Of a DNA stretch of 53,420 nt, positions 39,398 through 48,631 are shown one piece after another. Each line of letters begins with the position of its first letter. Positions within the stretch are counted from its first letter, which is position 1. A model generated the notes under the pieces. The model searched no databases, was not told where the DNA came from, and saw only the letters and a program-made list of their open reading frames with translations. This DNA comes from Mycobacteriales bacterium (GTDB lineage: Bacteria > Actinomycetota > Actinomycetes > Mycobacteriales > QHCE01): assembly GCA_036268755.1 (NCBI GenBank), contig DATATO010000122.1, forward strand, positions 1 through 53,420, given 5' to 3'. Both the position numbers and the translations under genes were made by a program.

Positions 39398-40111
39398 CTA
39401 GGACGCGGGCTGTGGGACTCTCGATACGAACACCAGGCTCGTCATGCTGTGCGGCAGCCGAACGGCGCCGGTTATTCCCGAAACCACCACATCGTCGTCG
39501 TCGTCCTCGCCCGACGCGAGGGTCACCTCCGCCCCCGGAGCCACCCCCGCCTCGTGGAGGCTGCGGAGCAAGTCGGGATGTTTCTGCAACTCCTCGGAGA
39601 TTCGCCGGACCAGCAGCGGACCGTCGGTGTGGACCGAGACCAGCGGCACGGCGGTTTCCGTCTGGCCCGACGTCTCATCGCTGGGGGCCGCGGAATCAAG
39701 TTCGGTGAGGCCCGGGATGACATTGCCGTACGGGGAGACGGACGGCCTGCCGAGCAGCTGATACACCTTGAGTTCGACCTCATCGCTCATCACATGCTCC
39801 CAGCGGCACGCCTCGATGTGGGCGATCTCGTATTCCAGACCGATAACGTTTACCAACAGCAGCTCGGCGAGACGGTGTTTACGCATCACCGCCACCGCCC
39901 GATGCCGACCCGTCTCGGTCAACTCGAGGTGCCGGTCGCCCTCGACCCGCACCAACGTGTCGCGTTCCATTCGCGCAACGGTCTGGCTCACGGTGGGACC
40001 GCTTTGGTGCAGCCGCTCGGCTATTCGGGCGCGAAGCGGTACGACTCCTTCTTCCTCCAGCTCGAGGATGGTCCGCAGGTACATCTCGGTGGTGTCAATT
40101 AGGTCGCTCAC
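39398..40111 (-). CDS. ideR: iron-dependent repressor, DtxR/IdeR family
   Basis: [17 protein letters not shown] and an SH3-like C-terminal domain. Start at the GTG at 40111, 5 nt after GGAAGGAG. Confidence 0.88.
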   Translation of the reverse strand: MSDLIDTTEMYLRTILELEEEGVVPLRARIAERLHQSGPTVSQTVARMERDTLVRVEGDRHLELTETGRHRAVAVMRKHRLAELLLVNVIGLEYEIAHIEACRWEHVMSDEVELKVYQLLGRPSVSPYGNVIPGLTELDSAAPSDETSGQTETAVPLVSVHTDGPLLVRRISEELQKHPDLLRSLHEAGVAPGAEVTLASGEDDDDDVVVSGITGAVRLPHSMTSLVFVSRVPQPAS

Positions 40112-40190
40112 GCGCGCTCCTTCCACACGTGATGCTACCTGGCGTTAACGCCGATGACGGCGCGCGGATGGGCCGAGTTCGTTGGCAGAA

Positions 40191-41204
40191 TTAACCCGCA
40201 TACGCCAGGTCGTATAGCTCCTGCCGATCGTCGCTATCCCGCAGCTTGTTCAGCGAGGCCTTCTCGATCTGACGGATGCGTTCCCGGGAGAGACCGAACT
40301 CCCCGCCCACTTCCTCGAGCGTGCGCGGTCGGCCGTCCGCCAGCCCGAACCGCAGCCGGACCACCTCGCGCTCCCGACTGTCCAAACCGGCGAGCAATTC
40401 GTTGAGCTTGGCGCGCATCAGTCCGTACGACACGTTCTCGGTGTCGGCGAAGAGCGCCTCTGGGTTGGACCCGCCGGAGTCAGCCACGAAGTCACCCAGG
40501 GTGCGGACGCCGTCACTGCCCACCACCGCGTCGAGGCTGGCCGGCTCGGAGTCGTATCGCAGCATCTCCGTGACCCGATGCTCCGCAATGTCGGCATGCG
40601 CGCCGATCTCCGAGTTGCTGGGCTCACGCCCCAGTTCCATTACGAGCTCCCGTCGCGCGCGGTGCAGTCGGTTGATCTGTTCGACCAGGTGCACGGGGAG
40701 CCGGATGCTACGGGACTGCTCGGCGATTGCGCGCGTCATGGCCTGCCTAATCCACCAGGTGGCATAGGTCGAGAACTTGAACCCCTTGGCATAGTCGAAC
40801 TTCTCGACGGCCCGCATCAGGCCCAGGTTGCCCTCCTGAATTAGGTCTAGCAGCGCCAGGCCGCGTCCCTGGTGTTTCTTGGCCAGCGACACGACTAGCC
40901 GGAGATTTGCCTCCAAGAGGTGGGCGCGTGCCGCGCGGCCGTTGGCGGCGATGAGACGGAGATCCGCGGCCAGCTCGTCGTCTATTTTGGAGCCCTGCCA
41001 CCGGCCCTGACTCAGGGTGTGGTTCGCGAACAGGCCGGCCTCGATGCGCTTGGCCAAGTCCACCTCGCCGGCGGCGTCCAGCAGCGGGGTGCGGCCGACT
41101 CCGCGGAGATAACTCCGCATGATGTCGACGGTCTCCGACTCGCGCCGGGGCGGTTTCGTTGCGGCGGTGCTGCCCTCGGCCAATCGGCTCGCAGTGGCGG
41201 GCAT
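40191..41204 (-). CDS. group-2 (SigB-like) sigma-70 factor
   Basis: Region 2 GNLGLMRAVEKFDYAKGFKFSTYATWWIRQAMTRAI and region 4 LEEVGGEFGLSRERIRQIE. It sits next to ideR. Confidence 0.85.
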   Translation of the reverse strand: MPATASRLAEGSTAATKPPRRESETVDIMRSYLRGVGRTPLLDAAGEVDLAKRIEAGLFANHTLSQGRWQGSKIDDELAADLRLIAANGRAARAHLLEANLRLVVSLAKKHQGRGLALLDLIQEGNLGLMRAVEKFDYAKGFKFSTYATWWIRQAMTRAIAEQSRSIRLPVHLVEQINRLHRARRELVMELGREPSNSEIGAHADIAEHRVTEMLRYDSEPASLDAVVGSDGVRTLGDFVADSGGSNPEALFADTENVSYGLMRAKLNELLAGLDSREREVVRLRFGLADGRPRTLEEVGGEFGLSRERIRQIEKASLNKLRDSDDRQELYDLAYAG

Positions 41205-41393
41205 AGCTGCCTCCAGAAGTCATGCGGCCGAAACGGCCATGGGGGTGACTACTCGAGAGCTTGCTGTGACGGGCGTTAAGCCACCGTAAATGCCGTGTGA
41301 GGTTCCCGTTAAGTCGCGCAAAAGCGCAGCTCAGTCCTACAACTGCGAGGCAGGACCTGAGAGAACCCTCACACTCCGCGAAGTGGTGCTGCG

Positions 41394-42464
41394 TTAGACG
41401 TCGTCCCACTTGAACAATTTCAGGGCCACGCCGGTGCTCACGACGGCGAACGCCAGCAAAATCGCCAAGTCCGGCAGGATCGTGCTGAAGTTGGCCGAGC
41501 CGCGGACGAAGACATCGCGTATGCCGTCCACCATGTGCTTAAGCGGGAAGATCTGCGAGATCGTGCGTAGCCAGGCCGGGGCATCGTTCAGCGGGAAAAA
41601 CGATCCCGACAGAAACGCCATCGGCAGCACGATGAGGTTGGAGATGCCGCTTGCGCCCTCGGCGGTCTTGGCGAACGAACCGGCCACCATGCCGATGCCC
41701 AAAAACGCGAGCGTGCCGCAGACAATCAGCGGAATGGCAAGCCACCATTGGCCCGACAGCTGCAACCCGAATGGCGCCGTGAGCGCTACCCCGACGAAGA
41801 TCGCGGCTTGCAACAACGAGATGCCGATGCTGACGATCACCCGTGCCGTGACCACCGAGGCGAGAGGGGTCGGTGCCAGCCGCAGCCGACGCAAGATCTT
41901 CCGCCGCCGCCACTCCACCAATGTCAGCGAGGCGCCGAACACGGCGCTCATCGACACGGCCCAGCCCATCAGGCCCGGAGTTTGGTATTGGATCGGCTGA
42001 ATCGACTCATCCTCGACCTGTTGCGGCTTGAGCGTGAACGTGGGTGGCTTGCCGCTGGCATCGATGTTGGCGTTCTGCACGATCGACTGCATGACGCCTC
42101 GCACCGTGGCGGAGCGGACCTGGTCGGCCTGCGAGTAGTACAGGGTGAGCTTGCCATCCTGCTCGGTTACCACGGCGTCGCGGTCGCCGTCGCGCAGCTT
42201 CTTCAGCTGCGAGTCCAGTGAGCCATCGGTCTTGCTGATCTTGAGCGAGTCCTTGATCTGGGACTTGGCCTGCTTCGGCATCTGGTCCAGTACGGCGACC
42301 CTGCCTACCTGCGCCACATCGGACTTGGACGTGCCGGTCGAGGTGAACAGCGCGCCGAACAGGATCAGGAACATCAGTGGGAACAGGATGGTGAAGAACA
42401 CGGCGGTCTTGTCGCGGATGAATCCGACCGCCATGACCCTCGACAGGGTGAGGAAGCTGCTCAT
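41394..42464 (-). CDS. ABC-2 type exporter permease
   Basis: N-terminal TM helix, a large loop, then 5 C-terminal TM helices. Overlaps the ATPase gene by 4 nt. Confidence 0.75.
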   Translation of the reverse strand: MSSFLTLSRVMAVGFIRDKTAVFFTILFPLMFLILFGALFTSTGTSKSDVAQVGRVAVLDQMPKQAKSQIKDSLKISKTDGSLDSQLKKLRDGDRDAVVTEQDGKLTLYYSQADQVRSATVRGVMQSIVQNANIDASGKPPTFTLKPQQVEDESIQPIQYQTPGLMGWAVSMSAVFGASLTLVEWRRRKILRRLRLAPTPLASVVTARVIVSIGISLLQAAIFVGVALTAPFGLQLSGQWWLAIPLIVCGTLAFLGIGMVAGSFAKTAEGASGISNLIVLPMAFLSGSFFPLNDAPAWLRTISQIFPLKHMVDGIRDVFVRGSANFSTILPDLAILLAFAVVSTGVALKLFKWDDV

Positions 42465-43363
42465 GCCCGATACTCCCGTCCGGTCAGTTCCAGGAACACG
42501 TCCTCGAGCGTCGCGCCCCGTACTTGTAGGTCCGCCAGCGACCCCCGCTCCACGAGCGCGGCGAGCAGCGCTGCCGGCTCGGTCGAGGTTATGACGAGTG
42601 AAACCCCGTCATCGTTGACGCTGTCGGCACCCGGCAGCCGGGCCGCCGTTCCCTTGTCCAGTGCGCCGTGCGCGAGACTGACGTGCACGGCGCGGTGCAG
42701 ACCCCGGACCAGGTTCGCGGGCGCCCCCACCTGCAAAATCTTGCCGTGATCCATGATGGCGACCCGGTCACATAGCGTCTCGGCCTCGTCCATGTAGTGC
42801 GTGGTGAGGATGACGGTGCGGCCCTTGGAATTGATCTGCCGCAGCAGATCCCAGAGGTTGCGGCGCGCCTGCGGGTCGAGGGCCGCGGTCGGCTCGTCGA
42901 GAAAGACCAGCTCGGGGTCGTGAACCAGCGCGCAGGCCAGCGACAGTCGCTGCGCCTGGCCGCCGGAGAGCTTCTCGGTGCGGGTGTCGGCCTTCTCGTC
43001 CAGGCCGACGAGCTCCAACATCGCATCGGCCTTGGCAGCCTTGATTCCGTACAGCGAGGCGAAGACGCGGATCTGCTCGCGGGCGGTGAGCCGCTCGAAG
43101 AACGCTGAGGCCTGCAACTGCACGCCGATGCGGGGGAGTAGCTGGGGGTTGCGCGGCCACGGTGAGGTTCCGAAGATCTTTACGCTGCCCCGGTCGGGCT
43201 CGCGCAGACCCTCGAGGATCTCGAGGGTGGTGGTCTTACCGGCACCGTTGGGGCCAAGGATGCCGTAGAACTCACCCTCGTCCACGGTGAGCGACACCCC
43301 GTCGACGGCCTTGAGCTGGCCGTAGTTCTTGGCGACATCGGTGGCAATGATGGTTTCTGCCAT
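42461..43363 (-). CDS. ABC transporter ATP-binding protein
   Basis: Walker A GPNGAGKTT, signature LSGGQAQRL and Walker B LVFLDEPT. Confidence 0.9.
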   Translation of the reverse strand: MAETIIATDVAKNYGQLKAVDGVSLTVDEGEFYGILGPNGAGKTTTLEILEGLREPDRGSVKIFGTSPWPRNPQLLPRIGVQLQASAFFERLTAREQIRVFASLYGIKAAKADAMLELVGLDEKADTRTEKLSGGQAQRLSLACALVHDPELVFLDEPTAALDPQARRNLWDLLRQINSKGRTVILTTHYMDEAETLCDRVAIMDHGKILQVGAPANLVRGLHRAVHVSLAHGALDKGTAARLPGADSVNDDGVSLVITSTEPAALLAALVERGSLADLQVRGATLEDVFLELTGREYRA

Positions 43364-43482
43364 GCCGCACACGGTAGCGCGATGAGCCGTTGAGTTTGGG
43401 GGCGAGGTACTGCCCTCGCTTTAGAGGGCCGTTCTAGGCGAATGATTGCTGAGAAGATTTTCTTCCTGGCATACTTCAACAT

Positions 43483-43680
43483 ATGAGTACAACCAGCCAT
43501 GCCGATGGCAGCATTGTGCTTATCCCTGCCGCTCCATTGGTGCCACATGGCCAGCAGTGGTTTTGGACCTCGGAATGGCAGGCCAAAGAGGCCGACGCCG
43601 ACATCAAAGCTGGCCGAAAGATCGTTTACCACAGCGATGAAGAGTTCCTCGCCGCTCTAAGGCAGGGCCATTGGACGTAG
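43483..43680 (+). CDS. AbrB/SpoVT-type antitoxin-like remnant (N-terminal DNA-binding hairpin missing)
   Basis: ..DGSIVLIP..WFWTSEWQAKEADADIKAGR..SDEEFLAAL resembles the C-terminal two thirds of actinobacterial AbrB-type antitoxins. An in-frame TGA lies 11 codons upstream of the ATG. Confidence 0.35.
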   Translation: MSTTSHADGSIVLIPAAPLVPHGQQWFWTSEWQAKEADADIKAGRKIVYHSDEEFLAALRQGHWT

Positions 43681-43687
43681 GTCGTCG

Positions 43688-44104
43688 TCAGAGGGCCTCG
43701 TTGACTGGTCGCCACGGTGTTTCCGTGATTCCCCTAGTGGTCACGGTGAGGCTCCAGGGTCCCGGACCGAGACGGTCTATTAGGTTTTCCAGCTGCACCC
43801 ATAAGCGCAACATGAGTTCGCACTGGTCGCGCGAGCTCATGTCTTTCTTTCCGCCCAACATGATTGTCCGTAAACCGTAGTCCTGAAAAACTTTGAGCTC
43901 GGCCGGTCGAGTACGGATCCGTTTATCGCGGTGGATCGCAGCCCATCCTTGTGCCGCAACATAGGGCATCCAATCGGTGTCGGGTGTCCCAAGCTGCAGC
44001 ACTGGGCAGCCATGATGGCCCGGGTAGGTGATGTCTTCTCGTGTCCGGGAGAGCAGTTTTCCCAAACCCAGCACGCTTTCATCTGCGTACCAGCGGTAGG
44101 CCAT
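43688..44104 (-). CDS. PIN-like (DUF5615/COG4634-type) putative toxin
   Basis: N-terminal YADESVLGLGKLL. Its size and its position directly downstream of a DUF433 gene fit the family. Confidence 0.45.
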   Translation of the reverse strand: MAYRWYADESVLGLGKLLSRTREDITYPGHHGCPVLQLGTPDTDWMPYVAAQGWAAIHRDKRIRTRPAELKVFQDYGLRTIMLGGKKDMSSRDQCELMLRLWVQLENLIDRLGPGPWSLTVTTRGITETPWRPVNEAL

Positions 44105-44113
44105 ATGCTCGCC

Positions 44114-44821
44114 CTAAGCAGCTGTCGCAAGGCCGAGCTCGAAACGCAGAGCAGACTCCACCTGTGAGGTGTTTAGGTCAAAGGCGTCCGCGATCTCGTT
44201 GGTCGACTCGCCGGCCCGGAATTGTTCTGCGATTACATCGGTGGGCACAGCGCGTACGACGGGTCTGCCGGTTTGGTAGACCGGATCTATTCGCACTGGG
44301 TTATCACGACCGCATGGGGTCAGCCTGCTCACCGAGCCATCCGAAAATTCCACTTGTTTTAGGAACTCGTTCACGGGAGCGGTAGTTAGCAGCTGTTGGC
44401 CAGTGCGGACGATGACTAAGAATTCTTCCTGCTGAAGTCCAACCCGGTCCTGAATCCTGCGTACTAGCTCTTTCCCAGCTACGTCCAAAAAAGGATGTGC
44501 GTGAGCAAGTGGATATGGACCAATTTCCTCACGCAATAGCTGGATAGCGGGCCGGAGGCGCTGCAGCGATGCATACTTTCGATATTCCGCCAACAGGCGA
44601 GTCTCAACGAATTCTCCCCAGGTCACCGTTTCATCGCCAGTCGACTCGGCTCGGAGCACAGGAGGGTATATACGTTCTTGTCGCCGATGTCCGTCTATCC
44701 AGCGCCGAACGGTACCGGTTTGCAAGCCAAGCAAGCGACCGACGTCGGCCATGGAGTAGAGGCGACGATCGAGCAGTGACACGGTCATGGCTCGTATCTT
44801 GCCATCGACGACGTTGGGCAA
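44114..44821 (-). CDS. MerR-like HTH + DUF433 domain protein (putative antitoxin)
   Basis: N-terminal YSMADVGRLLGLQTGTVRRWI. The C-terminal GRPVVRAVPTDVIAEQFRAGESTNEIADAFDLNTSQVESALRFE is typical of DUF433. Confidence 0.6.
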   Translation of the reverse strand: MPNVVDGKIRAMTVSLLDRRLYSMADVGRLLGLQTGTVRRWIDGHRRQERIYPPVLRAESTGDETVTWGEFVETRLLAEYRKYASLQRLRPAIQLLREEIGPYPLAHAHPFLDVAGKELVRRIQDRVGLQQEEFLVIVRTGQQLLTTAPVNEFLKQVEFSDGSVSRLTPCGRDNPVRIDPVYQTGRPVVRAVPTDVIAEQFRAGESTNEIADAFDLNTSQVESALRFELGLATAA

Positions 44822-44915
44822 GCTCCTATATCCCCAGGTCTACTTAGTGCAATTTACGTGAGAATTGGCAAGATGCCCCCGGTTGAACTCAGCTGCCGGG
44901 CGGGTAAGCCGCTAA

Positions 44916-45506
44916 CTAGCCGTGCCACACCCTGTGGGCTAAGCCCTCATAGTCGATGACCACGCCGTTTCGATCCACGGTGAGCAGATGCGGCCCGTAG
45001 ACGTCGTCGGAGTAGACGTAGCGCTCGCGCCCGTCCGCCGGCTCCAGCCGCTCGTAGCGCTGCCGGGACAGCCGCACCTCTAGCGACGGCACATCGATCC
45101 ACGCCACCCGCAGGTCGGCTGCCTGCCCCACCTCGAGCCCGAGTCGCCGGATTGGCAGCGTGTTCGTCACCGGTGTCGCCGCCACGTCGACATCCACACA
45201 TCCTTGCAGGTCCGAGAGGTCATGGTCCTGACTATGCCAAGCGCCGCCCGGGGATCTAGTGAGGTCGAGTTTCCGGCTTCCCGCTGAGTCGGTCGCCTCG
45301 ACATACACCGCCGCCGTTGCCCACTCGGCGTCCGTCTCGATCGCGAATGCGACGGAGTAGGCCAGGTCGCCGTCGTGAACAATTTCGCTCGCCTGCAGCC
45401 GGAATCCGTCGGCGCCACCGCGGATATGGCCGTACCCCAGGCTGTGAGCCACATCGACTCGCTGCCACACTGCCGCGGATGGTTCGACTGGAGAGCGATC
45501 TGCCAC
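44916..45506 (-). CDS. putative glycolipid-binding domain protein (PF06475-like)
   Basis: CVDVDVAATPVTNTLPIRRLGLEVGQ..LRVAWIDVPSLEV..RQRYERL..VDRNGVVIDYEGLAHRV. Confidence 0.65.
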   Translation of the reverse strand: MADRSPVEPSAAVWQRVDVAHSLGYGHIRGGADGFRLQASEIVHDGDLAYSVAFAIETDAEWATAAVYVEATDSAGSRKLDLTRSPGGAWHSQDHDLSDLQGCVDVDVAATPVTNTLPIRRLGLEVGQAADLRVAWIDVPSLEVRLSRQRYERLEPADGRERYVYSDDVYGPHLLTVDRNGVVIDYEGLAHRVWHG

Positions 45507-45521
45507 ACCGATCTCCCTCGG

Positions 45522-48500
45522 CTACAGGGCGGAGAAGTCCAACATGCGGTCGCCAAATTCACCGATGCGAGCCAGCAGGCCCATGCGGGCGGCCCGCAGC
45601 TCCCTGTTCTGGTCCATCACGAGCACCTCGTTAAAGAAGGTCTCGATGGGGCCCACCAACGATCCGGCTATGCCGACGAATTCGGCCAAATCCTGCCCGC
45701 TATCGTCGGTCAACTTCCCGCTCACTGTTACGACGGCCTCGTGTAGCGCGCGCTCGGCGGGATAACGCAGCGTTGAGGCGTCGTAAATCGCTGGTGTGCT
45801 TGCCGGCACGATCCGTCGCACCCGCTGCATGGCCGCGACTAAGGCGGTGAACCCAGCGGTGCCCTGCTGTTTGGACAGCGCAGAGAGCACCGTGACTGCC
45901 ACGGCGGGCGCGTCCGCTCGAGTGGCAACGGCCGCAACGGCGCGGTGACTGTTTCCGGCGTCGAGCAGGTGCTGATTCAGTCGTCTGTGCACGAATTCGG
46001 CTGCCTCGGCCAGGGCCGCGCCGCTCACGGCCACCGGCTGTGCCGTCGCCGCGAGCCGCAGCCCCGAACTCACCGTGATGGCTCGGAGTGCCGGATGCGC
46101 GATCAGGATGTTCACCACGCCGAGCGCGGCGCGGCGCATTCCGAACGGGTCGGAACTACCGGTCGAGCTTGTGCCCACCGCGAACAGACCCGCAAGCAGA
46201 TCCAGCCGGTCCGCCAGCGCGAGCAGCGCGCCGGGCAGGGTCACCGGCAGGGCGCCGCCGCCCGAGCGGGGCAGCTCCATCTCGGCCAGGGCCATAGCCA
46301 CCGCCGGGGTTTCGCCCGCCTGCAGCGCATATTCCCTGGCCATGACCCCGGCAAGGTTTGGCAGCTCGGTCACCATCTGCGAGCTCAGGTCGAACTTAGC
46401 GAGCTCGCCGGCCCGCCGCAGCGTGGCCCGGCCAGCCTCGTCCAGTGAGCCGCCCACGAGCCGGGCGAGTTCGCCGGACAGCACCCTGATCCGGCCGGCG
46501 CGATCCGCCAACGAACCGAGATGCTCGGCGAAGGTGAGCTTCGACAGGTTGGCGGCCATGTCGTCGAGTGAACGCTTGAGGTCGGCGGTGAAGAAGAACG
46601 CCGCGTCTTCATATCGGGCGCGCAGTACGGCCTCGTTGCCGGCACGGACCACGTCGTCGTTGCGCCGACCGTTCCCGACGGCAATGAACTGCGGCAACAA
46701 CTCGCCTTTTGCGTCGAGCACCGGCAGATAGCGCTGATGTTTACGCATAACGGTGGTCAACACGTCCCGGGGAAGGTCTAGGTATTTCTCATCGAACACC
46801 CCCAGCAAGGGAACGGGCTGCTCGACCAGCTGCGTGATCTCGCCGACGAGACCCGCCTCCGCCTCGAGGTCGATCCTCCCGCCGACCTCGCTCGCAAGTG
46901 CGACCGAGGCCTGTTCGATCTGGGCGCGGCGCGCGGCGGCGTCGACCAGAATGTCTTTGCTCTCGAGCAGCTCCAGATATCCGTCGGCGCGCTCTACGGT
47001 CAAACCGGTGACGGCGCTCTGCCTATGCAGCTGTGTGACGCGGCCCGAGCTGAGCGAAGACACGGTGAATGGAACCACGGCTGTATCCAACAGCGCGACG
47101 ATCCACCGGATCGGCCGGCAAAACGACATCCCGGGCGCGTTCCATCGCATGTTCTTCTCGCCCCGAAGGCCGGAAACCACCGTGGGTAGGACCCGACCGA
47201 GTACGGTCGCCGCGTCGGAACCGACGATCTGTTTGCGCGTCCCGACGAACGTGGCTGTTGGCGCATTCGGCTCGATCGGTTCGCCCTCCGGCCCGAGTGC
47301 GATGAGGTCGTCGAGTTCCACGCCCTGGCCACGTGCGAAACCCAGGACAGCCTTGGTCGGGGCACCGTCGACGTCGTACGCCGCGGCGATCCGCGGTCCG
47401 CGCACGAGGAGGGTGTGGTCGGCCTCGCGCGGCGCGACATCCTCCACCAGCGCCACGATCCGCCGCGGCGACCCATAGGTCCGAACGCCGCCGTGGGGGA
47501 GCCGGGTCTCGGCGAGCAGACGGTGCAGCGACTCTGCCACGGCGAGTCGGGCTCGTTCCACCTCCGCCGCCGGTAGTTCCTCCGTCCCGATCTCGAACAG
47601 CAAGGGGGCGGGTTCCGTCGGCGGCCGGTCCGCCGTTTCGGGTTCCGGCGCGGCGACCGGCGCGCTGACACCCAGCGGATAGCCTTGTTCCTTCCGCCGG
47701 CTGTTCCACAGCACGGCCACCCCGTGGGCGAGTTCCCGCATCCGGCCGAACGCCCGCGCCCGCTCGGTGGGGCTGACGGCGCCCCTCGAGTCGAGCACGT
47801 TGAAGGCGTGCGAACACTTGAGCACGTAGGAGTGGGCCGGGATCGGCAATCGCGCCTCGAGAAGCCGCCGGGCCTCCGCCTCGTAGCTGTCGAACAGGGC
47901 GGAGTTGACGCCGACGTCGGCGTCGTCGAGGTAGTAGTGGCTCCACTCGTACTCGGACTGGCCGTGCACATCCCCGTAGCTCAGCCGCTCGCTGTAGGCG
48001 ATTTTGCTGAAGTGATCCACGCCCTGCAGCGCCATCATGATGCGCTCCATGCCATAGGTGATCTCTACGCTCACCGGGTCCAGCGTGAGCCCGCCGGACT
48101 GCTGAAAATAGGTGAACTGTGTGATCTCCATGCCGTCCAGCCATACCTCCCAACCCATGCCCCAGGCACCGAGCGCCGGCGACGCCCAGTTGTCCTCGAC
48201 AAAGCGGACATCGTGCGCGTCGGTGTCGATGCCCAGCGCTCGCAGGCTGCCGAGATATAGCTCCTGAGCGTCGCCCGGCTCGGGCTTGAGAATGACCTGG
48301 TACTGGGTGTGTGTGGCGATGCGATTGGGGTTGTGGCCGTAACGCGAATCGTCCGGACGCACCGACGGCTCTGCGTAGGCCACCCGCCACGGCTCCGGGC
48401 CCAGCACGCGAAGCGCGGTCGCCGGGTTCAGGGTGCCCGCACCGACCTCGACATTCGACGGCTGCATGATGGCACAACCGTAGTTTTGCCAGTACTGGTT

Positions 48501-48533
48501 GAGCATGCTGAGCGCGTCCTGCATGATGAGCAT
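45522..48533 (-). CDS. fused alpha-beta glycine--tRNA ligase (GlyQ-GlyS in one polypeptide)
   Basis: Alpha part: YWQNYGCAIMQPSNVEVGAGTLNP..LGPEPW..RYGHNPNRI..QYQVILKP..VRFVEDNWASPALGAWGMGWEVWLDGMEITQFTYFQQSGG. A ~700-aa GlyS-like beta part follows (LLFEIGTEELPA..). Confidence 0.8.
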   Translation of the reverse strand: MLIMQDALSMLNQYWQNYGCAIMQPSNVEVGAGTLNPATALRVLGPEPWRVAYAEPSVRPDDSRYGHNPNRIATHTQYQVILKPEPGDAQELYLGSLRALGIDTDAHDVRFVEDNWASPALGAWGMGWEVWLDGMEITQFTYFQQSGGLTLDPVSVEITYGMERIMMALQGVDHFSKIAYSERLSYGDVHGQSEYEWSHYYLDDADVGVNSALFDSYEAEARRLLEARLPIPAHSYVLKCSHAFNVLDSRGAVSPTERARAFGRMRELAHGVAVLWNSRRKEQGYPLGVSAPVAAPEPETADRPPTEPAPLLFEIGTEELPAAEVERARLAVAESLHRLLAETRLPHGGVRTYGSPRRIVALVEDVAPREADHTLLVRGPRIAAAYDVDGAPTKAVLGFARGQGVELDDLIALGPEGEPIEPNAPTATFVGTRKQIVGSDAATVLGRVLPTVVSGLRGEKNMRWNAPGMSFCRPIRWIVALLDTAVVPFTVSSLSSGRVTQLHRQSAVTGLTVERADGYLELLESKDILVDAAARRAQIEQASVALASEVGGRIDLEAEAGLVGEITQLVEQPVPLLGVFDEKYLDLPRDVLTTVMRKHQRYLPVLDAKGELLPQFIAVGNGRRNDDVVRAGNEAVLRARYEDAAFFFTADLKRSLDDMAANLSKLTFAEHLGSLADRAGRIRVLSGELARLVGGSLDEAGRATLRRAGELAKFDLSSQMVTELPNLAGVMAREYALQAGETPAVAMALAEMELPRSGGGALPVTLPGALLALADRLDLLAGLFAVGTSSTGSSDPFGMRRAALGVVNILIAHPALRAITVSSGLRLAATAQPVAVSGAALAEAAEFVHRRLNQHLLDAGNSHRAVAAVATRADAPAVAVTVLSALSKQQGTAGFTALVAAMQRVRRIVPASTPAIYDASTLRYPAERALHEAVVTVSGKLTDDSGQDLAEFVGIAGSLVGPIETFFNEVLVMDQNRELRAARMGLLARIGEFGDRMLDFSAL

Positions 48534-48631
48534 GTGCCGACTCTTCCATACCCGCTGGTGAGACGGTTAGCTGCCCGCGCCGAGATCACTACATATCGGA
48601 CACGAGTCATTCGCCGCGGCTCTCGATTGCC

